This document shows, piece by piece, positions 14,815-30,185 of a stretch of DNA of 64,000 nt (within the stretch, counting starts at the first letter, position 1; the number at the start of each line of letters is the position of its first letter). The notes under the pieces were generated by a model. That model made no database searches. It saw nothing but the letters and a program-made list of their open reading frames with translations, and was not told the origin of the DNA. Source of the stretch: Bugula neritina (Eukaryota > Animalia > Bryozoa); contig OZ037772.1 in the NCBI GenBank assembly GCA_964035545.1, positions 8,549,150 to 8,613,149 on the forward strand, in the 5' to 3' direction. Position numbers and translations under genes: made by a program.

Positions 14815-15858
14815 GGCAGATGATCTGAACACCACTGGAAAAAACTGAAAAGAGAACTAACTAGTTTTAAACATAAAAACTGTGATCCTTTCCCTGTAAA
14901 CTATGAGACTAAAGTTAAACAATGACTTGTATTGTATATGGTTATTTAATCAGCCTAATTTTTTGGCTATGTTTGTTTATAATAATTAATCATTGCAGCT
15001 ATAGCTATTGTATATTGGAAAGCTGATGGAACAATGTGTAAGACCAGCACCTTTGTTTATGAAGAAATAGTGTTATACATTTTTAGCATGTTTAATCAAA
15101 TATTCAAAAAGGATGGTCAGTTATATCTGATAAAGAGCATCATAACAATAGTCAGCTGTCTCAAATTATATTAAATAAATTGTTGAGATAAAACTGATAA
15201 GTTGGCATATATAGAGTCGTTTTGCCATCTGACCAAAGTTTTAGTTGGTTTAATTTTGAAGATATAGCACAACAAGATAAGCTGTGCACTTTCCCAGAAT
15301 AAGTATTAAAAATATTATCTAACTAACTCATCCGAAAGTAGAGCTGCAATAGCATTTTAACTTGAGATTAATTGTGTAGTTATTTCTGATGTTATCAAAA
15401 AGCTGTAGATAAAAACGAACATAAAATTTGGTGTTGGGTATAAATGGCTTAGGTGATAATGGCACAGGTAATGATTGGAAAAGTGGCAGTGTGAATATTT
15501 GAGTTTGGGCTTTGTGTTTTGGGCTATAGGGGGTTTTAGATTTGAGTTATAGGAGGTTTGTGCTTTTGGGGGTTTGGGGGAGAATGGAAGGAGGGTTTGA
15601 AAATGGAGCATCAATGTCCAATCCTTGTATGCCAACTTTTTCTGAGTATGCTATACGGCATAAAACTTTAATAAACTAGAAAATACTAAAATATTATGTT
15701 GTAGACATATATGTTTTATATTGGATCTCATAAAAAAATGTTTTAATAAAAGATAAAGGAAAACTGTCAACTGCAGATAAAAACAATATTGCTTCTGTAC
15801 AGGTCAAGGTTTTTGTTGCTATATAGAAATGTACATGAACATTAAAGAGGTTTCCTTC

Positions 15859-18672
15859 CTATTTTATATCTGTCAAGTGCAATTTATAGAAACATTTTCG
15901 AGCATCACTAATATAGTGGGGTAAGTTTTCTGTGCGTGACTCTCTATAAAGAAAGTTGCAGTCTAATAAAGTTAATTTGTTATAGTCACTTATGTTTTGA
16001 TAGACTAGACTGATTTTAGTGTGTATTTTAGTGTTAGAGTGAAGGTTAGCTTTTTCATTGAATGATTTTTGACACACATTGCATAAAAATGGTTTTTCTC
16101 CAGCGTGAATTCTCAAATGCGTCACAAGGTTACTTTTTCGATTGAATGATTTCCCACACACATCACATGAAAACGGTTTCTCTCCAGTATGTGTCCTCAT
16201 ATGTTGCTGCAGGGTAGATCTTTGACTGAATGCATTTTTACAAATATGACATGAAAATGGTTTCTCCCCAGTGTGTGTCTTCATATGTCGTTTCAGGGTA
16301 GTTTTGTGAGTAAATGCACTTTTACAAATCTGACATGAAAATGGTTTCTCTCCAGTGTGTTTTCTCATATGCTGGTTGAGATGACTCATGTATCTCGCCT
16401 TGTAGCTACACAGTGAAGATTGAAAGTATTTCCTTTTGCTCTGCTGCTCTTTATTCTTCTCAAGACCAGCTTCTTGTGTTAACTCATTCTCACAAATATT
16501 ATGCAAAGTTGTCTTCATTTTAATCACTTTTCCTTTCTCACCAATGGCATCTATAGATTTGTTGGTAGTGTTATTCACTTTTGGAACAGCCTGAGTTTGT
16601 ATATCCCTGTTTATTTCTCTAGAACAGTTTCTCCACTTATATTCATGTGCTTTTTTGCACACTAGATCTGGTAGCTTCTCAGAAGTGTCTCCTTTGTTTA
16701 AATGCACTTGTATTTCACCTGTAAAACAGCAATACTAATGATATTATGTTGACTTTCAAAGTTAATTCATAGTTTATTTAAGTTTCTTATTACATTCTAT
16801 TACTTCTTCTTTTGAAAAACATGCAAGCATTTCAATCAGTTACCCATGTGTCGCTAAATAAGAAACCATACCTAATTAAATCAATTGAAAGATTTATTAA
16901 ATTAATTAATTCCAGAAACAAGTAGTGCACTTGTGGTTAAAACCAGGATACATTAGTTAAAACAAGGTCATGGGTTGACCATTGGTAAAAGTTGTTGATG
17001 ATGTCAAGAAGGACATCTAGCCATCATTTCTCCTGTGTCCAGACTACAAACAAGTGATAAGCTTGTCTAAAAACTTTACTATCAGAATTTCTCGTGGAGA
17101 TGGAAATTTTAAAGTAGTCATGAAGCTTATAGGGATCATTGAATCTGGTATAAAATGTGCTTTAAGAAATAACTCCTCAGCCTAGCTGCCTAAAAATTGT
17201 ACCACCAGGGTTTCACAGAGATGACCAGTTAAAGAATTGTGATAAGTTTATGAGATTTTTAAATTAGGTTAAAAATGTTGTCAGATTAAAGATCGTATAA
17301 TATTTTGACATACTAAAAAAAGAGTCTTGGTTGGTTGCATCAATTGTGGGAACTGAAATGTAAATAAGTAAAGCTATAATCTAATTATTGGTATAATATA
17401 TACAATCTTTGTTTTTCTTTAATATATTTCTTTAATATAATTCAATTTAATTAGCAATTGCATTTAGAGGAAAAGTTTTGGTGGTTTTATTTTTATTTAT
17501 CTAATATTCATACTCACAATTTGAGATGACTTTTGTTTTAGTATTTTGTCCTAACACTGTGAAAGCCACAGAAATAAATTCAGACGGAGGAACATCAGTT
17601 TCTTCTGGTAGATAGTTGTCATGTACTGAACTTTGTTTCCTGAGAAATTGTAATTGTTGGTGGTTGCTAAAAGTATCTAAAACTTCATTTTCTACAACTT
17701 CTTCTATGTAAGTGTTGGGTACTGCTGTTAGCATATTAAGGAAAGTTTGATTGCCTGCATTGGTAATAAAACTTTGAGAGTCTAAAACCACTGAATGTCT
17801 CTCAGAGCTCTGATTGGTTACTAAAGGACCCCACTCTGCACTATACTTATCTCTACAATATGAATCTTGTATGTAAGGATCAGGATCTTTGGATGAATAG
17901 TCTTCAAATAAAACTCCAAAAGCCTCAGAAATAACTTCAGACAAAGAAACATCAGGTTCTTGTGGTAAGCGGCTGTTATACACTAAAGTTTCCACGTAGT
18001 CTCTAGTGTTTGTATCAACTGTGGAAGTCAGAGAAACTGAGTTTAGGGAAAAGTAATTACATGGACTAAAATTCTCACAAAGAGCAGGAATTGTCCACTC
18101 AACATCCTTTTTAGATATCTGAAGAGGTTCTTGCATTTGGTTGCTTGGTGTTTGAGATAGCTCACGTAGTTCTAAACCTGCAAAGTAAAAAAAGCCTATA
18201 CCAGTTTACATTGAAATATTTACTCAAAGTTCAGTCACTGGCTCCCTCTTTTACTCACTTTCTCACTCACTCACTCACTCACTCACTCACTCACTCACTC
18301 ACTCACTCACTCACTCACTCACTCACTCACTCACTCAAGCATACCAACATACACACATTCACACAACAATATCCAAGAAGCTAAATGAACAAAAAGTATC
18401 CACAAATTCATTTCCCACACAACATTTTTACACTTAAATTATACAGATTATATTTTGTCATCATCTTAATAATGAATAATGTAGTAATGAGTTCACCCAG
18501 TGACTTCCCTAGTGTAATTGACTAGCGCCTGTTTTCAACTACAAGGTCTGTGGTTCGAATATCGATGGGGGTAGTTTGTTCACAAATAATAAAAAATTAA
18601 TACCACTGTACAATTATGGCAAATCATATACTTACATGGTTGAATCAGAGACATGGTAAAAGAACTGAACAT
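15859..18672 (-). CDS. ZNF unit U6: exon A intact, exon B mostly deleted; 3 intact plus 2 degenerate fingers
   Basis: ATG exon 18636-18672 and exon A 17518-18177 (660 nt). Exon B remnant ~17315-17352 has no donor. Finger exon 15859-16718 has C->S in the first finger, H->N in the last finger and a C-terminal read-through tail. Confidence 0.75.
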
Positions 18673-20359
18673 AACTGCATGAAAGACATTGAAAAGAAAA
18701 GTAGCTTTTGCTTAATCTAAACAACTTAGTATTTCAATAATTTTTCTGTATCATATGGTAGTATATTTCTTTGGCTATTTGTTTAGAATTAGTCATTGCA
18801 GTTAGCTATTGTATATTCGAAAGCTTTTAGAACAATTTGTGTTAAACTTGCACCTGGCCAATCAACTAATAGTTTAATGCAATTTTTGCGCTGTTGATGA
18901 ACAATAGATTCGTTTCCAATACCTCTGGTACCCACTTCAAAAAAATGTTTAATTCCTTCTACCAGGAACTTAGTTCAATCAAATATAGAAAGCAAAATCA
19001 CTAAAAAGTTAAAATCTGACTGCATGCTACATAAAATCTCAACTATGCTATAGCATAATTCCGTTTGGAGATAAATTTTTTGGTATATACAATGTAAGCA
19101 GACATATTAGTAGTTTTGAAAAAAAATTTAAAAATATGTTTTCTTGAAGAATTTATAAAAACTATAAGTAGATTCTATACTAGGTGGAAGTAACTCTTAT
19201 TTGTAAAATTGATTACCAGGAGTATTGCAAAAGGGTCTATTCAAAAAAGGAAAGTCAATTCGTTGTAATAGCAAAACATCACAACACCCATTTTCTGTGT
19301 TAAAGTATATTGAATAATTTTTTTGAGATAAAGCTGATGAGCTGGTATATATATAGAGTTGTTTTGCTTGCTTTAATCTTGAAGATGTAACAAAACAAGT
19401 TAATTTTTGTGCTATACCAAAACAAACATTCCAAATAACTTCAGGAAGTAAAGTTGCAATAGAATATCAACTTGAAAGTATTGCTTCGCTATTTCTGATG
19501 ATAAAATATATGTTGTAGATGTATGTCACAAAAACATAATTTTTAACTTTCAATTTTAAAAGCATTGCACAACATCTATAGTTTGCTATACTAAACTGAA
19601 CACTAGAGAAAGATTACTAATTAAGTGAGCTAATGCTGTCAAGAATGTCTAGTTATAACAACAGTATCCCAACTTGAGACTAATTACGTATTTTTTTTCT
19701 GCCAATATAGAAAATGAGTACATTAGATATATATAAAAAGTATGAAATTACAGCCAAATAATAAGAAAAAGCTAATACTAAAATGTCTGAGAATATTGGT
19801 TCTAAAATAGAAACTTTCATTATAATTAAGATGTGAATTGAACAATTGATAAAGAAATTACTTTTGTATCTTATGATTTCACCAAGAATACTACAACTTC
19901 AGTAACATAAAACTAATACAACAAGACCTAAATACTAAATGACATAAAACTTTATTATGCACTAAACAATACTGAGATAATATAATTATGTTGATATGGT
20001 CTAGACTATGTTTTATACGGAATCTCTCAAAAAGATTTAATAAAATGTTATAAAGACAAATAATTGTCAACACTAGATACAATAGTCATTATTCCTGCTC
20101 ATGACTAGGTTTTGTTACTATTAGGTTACTGTTACATTTCTGTATACAGAAATGTACATATAAATAGAAAATTTTCTTTCCTATTTTACCTGTCAAGTGA
20201 CATTCTGTAAAGATAATTGCAGTCTGATACAGCTGATATGTTATTTTCACTAATATTATGGCAGGATAGATTGATTTTTAGCATGATTTCAGTGTGTGAA
20301 ACAAGGGTGCATTCTTGTGTAAAGGATTTATTACAAACCTTGCATAGAAATGGTTTCTC

Positions 20360-22928
20360 TCAAGTATGAAGTTTCATATGTCTAGTTAGGTTACTTTTTA
20401 AACTGAATGACTTTTTGCACACAGAACACCAAAACAAATTTTTTCCAGTGTGTGTCTTAATATGTGCCTGTAGGCTAATTTTTTGAGTAAATGCATTTTT
20501 ACAAATATGACATAGAAATGGTTTCTCTCCAGTGTGTGTCCTCATATGTTGTTGCAGGGTACTTCTGTGTCTGAATGCAGTTTTACAAATATGACATGGA
20601 AATGGCTTCTCTCCTGTGTGTATTCGCATGTGACAGATGAGAGCCTTTTTCCAGGCAAAAGCAGAACTGCATACTTTACATAGAAATGGTTTCTCTCCAG
20701 TATGTTTTCTCATGTGCTTGTTGAGATTACCCATGTGCCTTGATGTGTAGCTACATATTGAACATTGAAAACACTTTCTTTTGTTCTGCTGGTCTTTATT
20801 CTTCTCAAGACCAGCTTTTTGTGCTGAGTCATACTCACACACATTATGTACAGTTGTCTTCTCTTTGATAACTTCTTCTTTCTGATTGAGGACATCTGTA
20901 GGCTTGTTGGCCACCTTATACACTTCTGAATCAGTATGATGCTTTATATTTTTAAAAAACTGTTTAAACTTATATTCATGTGTTCCTTTGTATACTGTAT
21001 TTGACGGCTTTTCAGAAGTGTCTCCAGTATTTAAACATGCTTGTATTTTATCTGTAAAGAAATGGCACAAGAATTCATATTAACGTTCAAGTTCTATTCA
21101 CAGCTTCGAATCTTATTACAATATTCCAGGTTAATATATGGCCGTTTAGAATGTTTCTTTACTTTTATAGTCTTTTTTTAAACGAAACATGCATTCATTT
21201 CGATCAATAGTTAAAGGATATTTAGTTTGATCATGAAAAGCTTAAATAAATTAACTAAATTTGGCAGCAGCCACGTAGGATCTTGTGGTTAGGGTACAAA
21301 GGTAAAATTAGAAAAGGACAAGGGTATGGTGGTTGGTAAAGGCGGTTGGTGATGTCAAAAAAGACACCCAGTAAAGGCAGTTCCGTTTTCACAATAGAAA
21401 ATAGGTCATTAGCTGGTTTCAAAGCTTTAAGTCAAGGATTCTTACCGATATGGCAAATTTACAAACGGCCGTGAGGCTATGGGGATTATTGATTTTGCCT
21501 TATTTTCTTATTTCAATTTGTCTAACGTACTTTTAACATGTGTCAAAGAAGTTAAACATACACTAACCCGGTGATTTGTAATCCTCAACAATATTCAGTT
21601 CTGAAACTTTAAAAGTCTCAGAACTGACTTCAGGCAACAAATTTTCTGATTCTTCAGGTACATAGTTACCAGGTACTAAAGCATCTATAAGAAGAAAATT
21701 TTCATTGATTGCCTCAACTGTTATAGAAGCTGAATTATAAATAGAATGACAAGATAAATTTTTTTACACTTATTATTTTTGGTTCTTTAATATCATGTAA
21801 ATTCAAGTTACTAAGAAATTGCAATGAGAGAAAATACTTTAATCGTTTTACTTAATTTTATTAATCATACTCACTAGTTGAGATGACTTCTGTTGTAGTA
21901 GTCAATCCTAAAACTTTAAAAGCCTCAGAGATAACTTCAGACAGAGGAACATCAGTTTCTTCTGGTAGATAGTTTTCTTGTAGTGAATTTTGTTTCCTGA
22001 GAAGTTCTAATTGTTGGAGATAACTAAAGGTATCTGAAGATTCACTCTTAATACTAATTTCTGGGTAAGTATCAGATACTGCTGTTGGCACATTGAAGAA
22101 AGTGTGATTGTCTGTATTGACATTAAAACTTTGAGAGTCTAAAATTGAAGAATGTCTGACAGAAGTGGAATTGGTTACTGAAGGATCCCACTCAGCACTA
22201 TAATACTCATCTCTACAATATGGATTCTGTCTGTAAGGATAAGGATCTTCAGATGAAGAATTTCCATTTAAAGAACTAAAAGCTTCAGAAATAACTTCAG
22301 GCAGAGGAACATCAGGTTCTTCTGGTAGACAGTTATTATGATTGTATATTGAAGTATCCATGTTCACAAAACAGGGAAGGTTTGTATTAACTGTAGACGT
22401 CATAGCAACTGAGCTTACAGAGAAGCCATTACTTTGAACACAGAGAGCAAGACTCTTCCACCCGACATCATTTTCAAAGATCTGATATGGCTCTTGCATC
22501 TGTTTGCTTGGTGTTTGGAGAGCTGCCTGTGGTTCTATTACTGTAAAATAAAGACAGCCTTTATAAGTTTACATTAAAACATCTACTCAAGACTCAAGAA
22601 TTCCTATACACAATGATTTCAAACACAGTTGTGCTCAAACAATCACACACTCAAGCACACATGCACTTACTCATTTACTCACTCACTCACTCACTCACAC
22701 CAACATACACATATTTGCACAATAATACCAAAAAGCCACTGAAAGTAAAATATGCACAAACTCATGTACTGGCACTCAGCATGTTTACACTTAAATTATA
22801 CAATTGATTTTAATCAATCTTCTTTAAATGAATAATAGGTAAAGAAGGCCACCATGAAATAGTGGCTTAAGCTAATTAACTCATTACTTCCATACTATTT
22901 TATACTTACATGGTTTAGTCACCGACAT
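20360..22928 (-). CDS. ZNF unit U7: complete 4-exon gene, 5 C2H2 fingers (sixth lies behind a TGA)
   Basis: Exons 22910-22928, 21875-22540 (666 nt), 21568-21729 (162 nt) and 20360-21051, all open and phase 1. Confidence 0.85.
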
Positions 22929-24057
22929 GGCAGATGGGCTGAACACCACTGGAAGATACTGAAAAGAGAACTAACTAGTTTTAAACATAAAAACTGCGAT
23001 CCTTTCCCTGTAAACTATGAGACTAAGATTACACAATGTATTGTATTGTATTATATGGTTATTTACCAGCCTAATATTTTGGCTATGTTTGTTTATAATT
23101 AATCATTGCAGCTAGCTATATTGTATATTGGAAAGCTGATGGAACAATGCGCAAGACCGGCACCTTTGTTTATGAAGAAATAGTGTTATACATTTTTAGC
23201 ATGTTTACCAAAATATTCAAAAAGGATGGTCAGTTATTTCAGATAAAGAGCATCATAACCTCAATCAGCTGTCTCAAATTATATTAAATAAATTGTTGAG
23301 ATAAAACTGGTAGGTTGGTATACAGAGTTAATTTATCTGACCAAAATTTTAGTTGTTTTAGTTTTGAAGATATAGCACAATAAGATAAGTTTTGCACTTT
23401 CCCAGAATAAGTATTAGAAATATTATTTAACTAACTCATCCGGAAGTAGAGGTGCAATAGCATTTTAGCTTGAGATTAATTGTGTATAGTTATTTCTGAT
23501 GTGATCAAAAAGCTGAAGATAAAAACAAACATAAAATTTGGTGTTGGGTATAAATGGCTTAGGTGATAATGACACAGGTAATGATTGGAAAAGTGGCAGT
23601 GTGAATATTTGAGTTTGGGCTTTGTGTTTTAGGCTATAGTTATAATAACAATATTCCAACTGGATAGTAAATACATATATTTTGTCTTTTTTACAATGTA
23701 CAAAATAATAGAGATACGTCACAAAAATATAATTTTACAGTGAGAGAATAAGAAAGAACTGATACTAAAGTGTTCATACATTTTGGCTGTGAAATAAAAA
23801 CTTTTATCAAACAAAGAAGTGAAGTGAACAAGATAAAGGAAGATTTGTTTTATATCTATATAATGTTTTCACCAAGAATACTATAACTTCAGTAAGATAA
23901 GAGTAATAAAACAAGACCTATAAGTGTACTATATGACATAAAACTTCAACCATTAAACTAGAAAATACTTTTTAAGATAACATCATGTTTTAGACTGTTT
24001 TTCCTGTGCAAGACTTTTTATGAAAAGTTGCAGTCTAATACAGCTGATTTGCTACGG

Positions 24058-26846
24058 TCACTTATATTTTGATATAATAGATTTATTTTTAGTGTGTATT
24101 TTACTGTGTGAATGAAGACTCTTTTTGTGAGAGAATGATTTCTTACACACATGGCATGGAAATGGTTTCTTTGTAGTGGGAGTTCTCATGTGTGTCACAA
24201 GGTTACCCTTTCGATTGAATGATTTATTACACACATCACATGAAAACGGCTTGCCTGTAGTATGTGTTGTCATATGTTGCTGCAGAATTTGTTTGAGACC
24301 AAACAAATTTTTACAAACATGACATGAAAATGGATTTTCTCCAGTGTGAGTTTTCATGTGTGTCACAAGGGTATATTTCTGACTAAATAATTTCCCACAC
24401 ACATCACATGAAAACAGTTTGTCTTTAGTGTGTGTTCTCATATGTTGCTGTAGGGCACTTCTCTGATTAAATGCGTTTTTACAAATCTGACATAAAAACG
24501 GTTTCTTTCCAGTGTGTTTTCTCATATGCTGGTTGAGATGACCTATGTGTCTTGCGTTGTAGCTACACAGTGAAGATTGAAAACATTTGTCTTTTCTCTG
24601 CTGTTCCTCATTCTTTTTGAGACTAGCCTCATGTGTCGACACATTCTCAAAATAATTATGTAAAGTTGTTTTCTCTTTATTCACCTCTTTTTGACCAGTA
24701 GCATTAATAGATTTGTGGGCAATGTCATATAACTTTAGATTAGTGTAATTTGCCATATCATTGCTTATTGCTCTAGGATAGTTTCTACACTTGTATTCGA
24801 GGGTTCCTCTGTATAGTACACCAGATAAAAGTTCAGAAGGGTCTTCTGTATTTTCACCCTCTTGCATTCTACCTGTAAAACAACAGTACAAACAATAATT
24901 TTACGATTCAAGCTTCATTCATTGCTTTGAACTTTATTACCACATCCCAAATTTGTATTTCGTCTTTGAAAAAAGTGCATACAGTTTAACGTTTGTAACA
25001 TTTTCACTTTGTTTATGCAAAGCTTTAATAAAATAATTAAACTTGGGAGGAGCCATGAATAGTCTTTAGAAGAAGACAAAGGTTTAAGTATTGATCATTC
25101 TCCTTGATGATGTCATGTTAAGAGCATTCAGTCATAATTTCTCCTTCTTTACAATAAAAATTGAGCCGTTAAAATTTTACCACCACAGATTCTCACAGAG
25201 ACTGTGTCTTTACAAACAGTTATGAGTTCATGGGCATTATTAGTTTTGCAAAAAAAGGATAAAACTTAACTCAGTTTTTATTGGTTTTGCAATAAAATAG
25301 TTTTTTGACAATAAATAATCTGTTGCCACCTTAGAAAAGTGTACCACCAGGGTTCTTACAGAGATGGCTAGTTTAAGAATTGTGATAAGTTTATGGAGAT
25401 TATTAAATTAGCTAAAAAATGTTATCAGGTTTAAGACCGTATAACATTTTGACATACTAACCCAATGATTTGTAATCTTGTGCACTCTTTAGCCGGCCTA
25501 AAGCTCCAAGTCCCTCAGAAAAAATTCAGATGAAAGAACATCAGATTCTTCTGGTACATAGTTGTCATATACTGAAGCTTCTGGAAAAAAGTCTTGGTTG
25601 GTTGCATCAACTGAGGGAATTGAAATGTAAGTAAGTAAAGCTATAATCTAGTTCTTGGTAAATATATATTCTTTGTTTTTTTATATATTTCTTTAATATA
25701 ATCCAATTTAATTAGCAATTGCATTTAAAAGAAAAGATTTGGTGGTTTTATTTGTATGTTTCTAATCATACTCCCCAGTTGAGATGACTTCTTTTGTAGT
25801 ATTCTGTTCTGAGGCTGTGAAAGCTTCAGAGATACATTCAGACAGAGGGACATCAGATTCTTTTGGTAGATAGTTGTCATGTACTGAACTTTGTTTCCTG
25901 AGAAATTCTATTTGTTGGTGGAAGCTAAAAATATCTAAAACTTCATTTTCTACACCTTCTCCTATGTAAGTGTTGGGTACTGCTGTTAGCATATTAAGGA
26001 AAGTTTGATTGTCTGTATTGGTATTAAAACTTTGAGAGTCTAAATTAGCGGAATGTCTCTCACAGCTGCTATTGGTTACTAAAGGATCCCACTCAGCACT
26101 ATACTCATCTCTACAATATGGATCCTGTCTGTAAGGATCAAGATCTTCAGATGAATAGTCTTCAGATAAAACTCCAAAAGCCTCAGAGATAACTTCAGAC
26201 AGAGGAACATCAGGTATAGACAGCTGTTATAAACTCTAGCTTCTGTGTTAACATAGTCCTGAGGGTTTGTATCAACTATGGAAGTCAAAGGAACTGTGTT
26301 TACAAAAAAGCTAGGATTTTGAATAAAATTCTCACAGAGAGAAGGAATTGTCCACTCAACATCATTTTTAGATATCTGATGTAATTCTTGCATCTGCATG
26401 GTTGCTAACTGGTGTTGTAGCTTGTGGTTCTATAACTGCAAAATAAAGAAAGCCTTTACAAGTTTGCATTAGAATTTCTTCTCAAATTTCACTCACTCAC
26501 TTACTCCAACATACACACATTCACACAATAATACCCATATCAAGCTCAAAGGGAGTAAAACACCCACAAGTTGATTTGCCACACCACATGTTTACACCTA
26601 AGTTATACAGATTATTTTTATTCATCATCTTATTAATAAATATCATAGTGATTAGTTGACCCAGTGGCCCTGTGGTGTAATTAGCTAACTGGCCTGCTTG
26701 CAAACTTGAGGCCTGTGGTTCGAATTCTGATGCGGGGAAACTATTTTAAAATTATTAAATAAATAAGTTCACCATAAAATAATCGCAAACCAAACAAATA
26801 ATAGCTTTCACAGAACATTATACTTACGTGGTTGAGTCCAAGACAT
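24058..26846 (-). CDS. ZNF unit U8: finger exon open (4 intact plus 2 degenerate fingers); exons A and B defective (pseudogene or effector-less isoform)
   Basis: ATG exon 26828-26846. Exon A ~25776-26435 is frameshifted near 26213 and its donor is GT->GG. Exon B ~25462-25619 has a mutated acceptor and indels. Finger exon 24058-24872 has an intact acceptor. Confidence 0.6.
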
Positions 26847-28086
26847 GGCAGATGAACTGAATATAACTGAGAGGCATTGAAAGGAAAAGTAACTTGTTCT
26901 GATTAGATATTCACTATCAGGGTAATCTAACAGCATAATGATCATGGCTATTTACCTCTAGTTAATTCCTAAAGAGCTACTATAGGCTATTGTATGTGAA
27001 TAAAGCTATAATGGAACCATGTGTTAGAACTACACCTTTGACAATCAAATAATATTGCTATATGCACTATTTGCTTGTGTAAAGAAAGACTCATGAGGGA
27101 AATTTAATTTGGCATGACGAAAAATATAATCAATAGTTTTAAAGTATACCAAGTAAACTCATCAAGATAAAACCCGATATGCTGATTCAAATGATTATTT
27201 TATCTAGCTACAACCTTGTTATATGCCCTAGTTCAAAAGGTACATTATATATAGTAAGGTATAACTTTGTTAGGGCACTAAACTTTAGAACAATTATTTA
27301 ACCATAAATCTATTTCAATAAAGTAAAGTTGGAATATAATATTTTAACTTGAGAGTTATTATATGGTTTAATTTCTATTTCACAAAAACTAATGTTGCAG
27401 TAGGACAAAACTGTGTAAACACATTGGCTGTGAAATATAACAGCAATTTTAATTGACCAAGATAAAAAGTTTTGGTTTACAATTCAAACAGTCTATAATC
27501 TTACTAACATAAAACATCAAAATTATTCTTATAAGTACTATGGCATAAAACTTTGATTAACTAAAAAAAGCTCAGATAAGAAATATTTTATTATTATAAG
27601 ATCTTCTAAAAAGAGTATATAAGAAAACTAAGAAAAATTGTCAACTTAGATATACTAATACAATTATAGATATTGATTATATGAGCATGTCTAAGTTCAT
27701 TTTCTACTTTTCTTGTAATAACATAACTTACAATTATAATACTCATATTGGATTTAAAAAGGCAGATATCTAAACCCCTTAACTAGTCATCAGACATACT
27801 ATCTATAACATATGTATGTAATTTACATGTTCATGAAAATATGAAATCGTTTTCTTCCTATTTTATCTGCCAATTATAATTTAAAATAATTTGAAACTAA
27901 TAATAAGCTAATTTTTCTACGTGAATAGCTACTTCTTTTTTCACAAGGAAAGTTAACAGAAAGTTTCAGACAGCTGATTTGCACTCACTAAAATTATAGA
28001 AGAACATATTAATAATTTCTAGTATGCATTTTAGTGTGATTTAGAAGACTTGGTTTTTGAGTAAATAATTTCTTACACACATCGCA

Positions 28087-30185
28087 TTAGAATGGCTTCT
28101 CTTCAGTGTGAGTTCTCATATGTACACGAAGACTCCATTTTTGAGTGAATGATTTATTACAGACATTGCATGAAAATGGTTTCTCTCCAGTATGTGTCTT
28201 CAAATGTCGCTGTAGGGTGCATCTGGTACGAAATGCATTTTTACAAATATGACATGAAAATGGTTTCTCTTTAGTATGTGTCCTGAGATGTTGTTGCAGG
28301 GTAAACCTTTGACTAAATGCACTTGTACAAATATGACATGGAAATGGCTTTTCTCTGGTGTGTGTTCTTATATGTTTAATAAGAGCATCTTTCCAGGTAA
28401 AAGCAGACCCGCATATTTCACATATAAATGGCTTCTCTCCAGTATGTATTCTCATGTGTCTGTTGAGATAACACTTGTATCTTGCCTTGTAGCTACACTG
28501 AGAACATTGAAAACGTTTCTTTTTGCTCTGCTGCTCTTTGTTCTTCTCAACACCAGCTTCTTGTGTTGACTCATTCTCACAAATATTATGTAAAGTTGTC
28601 TTCTCTTTGATCACTTTTCTTTTCTGACTAATAGCATCTGGAGATTTGTTGGTAGTGTTATTCACTTTTGGAACAGCCTGAGTTTGTATATCTCTGTTTA
28701 TTTCTCTAGAACAGTTTCTCCACTTATATTCATGTGCTTTTTTGTACACTAGATCTGGTAGCTTCTCAGAAGTGTCTCCTTTGTTTAAAGGCGCTTGTAT
28801 TTCACCTGTAAAAAACAGTACTAATGATATTATGTTGACATTCAAAGTTCATTCATAGTTTATTTAAATTTATTATTAAATTCTAACACTTTCTTTTGAA
28901 AAACATGCAAGCATTTCAATCATTTTTATCTAATCATACTCACGACTTGAGATGACTTCTGTTGTAGTATTTAGTCCTAAAACTGTGAAGGTCGTAGATA
29001 TAAATTCAGACAGAGGGACATCATTTTCTTCTGGTAGATAGCTGTCATGTACTGAACTTTGTTTCCTGAGAAATTCTATTTGTTGGTGGTAACTAAAAGT
29101 ATCTAAAACTTCATTTTCTACACCTTCTCCTATGTAAGTGTTGGGTACTGCTGTTAGCATATTAAGGAAAGTTTGATTGTCTGTATTGGTATTAAAACTT
29201 TGAGAGTCTAAATTCACTGAATGTCTTAAAGAGGTGTTATTGGTTACTAAAGGATTCCACTCATCACTATATTTATCTTTACAATATGAATCCTGTCTGT
29301 AAGGATCAAGATCTTTGAATGAATAATCTTCAGATAAAACTCCAAAAGCCTCAGAAATAACTTCAGATAAAGGAACATCAGGTTCTTCTGGTAGGCAGCT
29401 GTTATACACTGAAGTTTCTATGTTTGCATAGCCTCGAGTGTTTTTATCAACTGTGGAAGTCAGAGGAACTGAGTTTAGAGAAAAGTTATTACATGGAATA
29501 AAGGTCTCGCAGAGAGCAGGAATTGTCCACTCAACATCTTTTTTAGATATCTGAAGAGGTTCTTGCATTTGGTTGCTTGGTGTTTGAGATAGTTTACGTG
29601 GTTCTAAATCTGCAAAATAAATTAGAAAGCCTTTACCAGTTTACATTGAGATATTTACTCGAAGTTCACTCTCTCACTCCTTCTTTTACTCACTCACTCA
29701 CTCCTTTCTTCACTCACTCACTCACTCACTCCTTCTTTTACTCACTCACTCAGTCTTTCCTTTACTCACTCACTGACTCACTCACTCACTCACTCACTCA
29801 CTCATTCACTCACTCACTCATTCAAACCAACCTACACACATTCCCTCAATAATACCCAATAAGCTCAATTAGAGCAAAATACCCAAGGGTTGATTTGCTA
29901 CACAAAATGTTTACACCCAAGTTATACAGATTATTTTTATTCATTATCTTATTAATAAAATATATCATAGTAATTAGTTGACCTAGTGGCCCTGTGGTGT
30001 AATTGGCTAGCAGGCCTGCTTGCAAACTGGAGGTCTGTGGTTCGAATCCTGATGCGGGAAAGTGTTTTACAATTGATGCATAAATAAAGCCACCACAAAA
30101 TAATGGCAAACCAAACAACTAATAGTTTCCATAGTATATTATACTTACATGGTTGAGCCAGAGACATGGCAGATGAACTGAACAT
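28087..30185 (-). CDS. ZNF unit U9: 3-exon gene (exon B cleanly deleted), 5 fingers (sixth behind a TAA)
   Basis: ATG exon 30149-30185 (MFSSSAMSLAQP), exon A 28944-29609 (666 nt), a 138-nt hybrid intron, then finger exon 28087-28805. Confidence 0.85.
29988..30058 (+). repeat. tRNA-like (second SINE head or tRNA pseudogene) insert in intron 1 of U9; relatives at ~10607-10667 (U4), ~18500-18572 (U6) and ~26666-26738 (U8)
   Basis: A-box TGGTGTAATTGG, loop CTTGCAA and B-box GGTTCGAATCC. The acceptor and anticodon stems do not pair well, so it is not called a functional tRNA. Confidence 0.65.

Noticed and set aside
29988-30058. Functional tRNA gene
   Set aside because: Anticodon and acceptor stems pair poorly and paralogous copies are decayed; more consistent with a SINE head or pseudogene.
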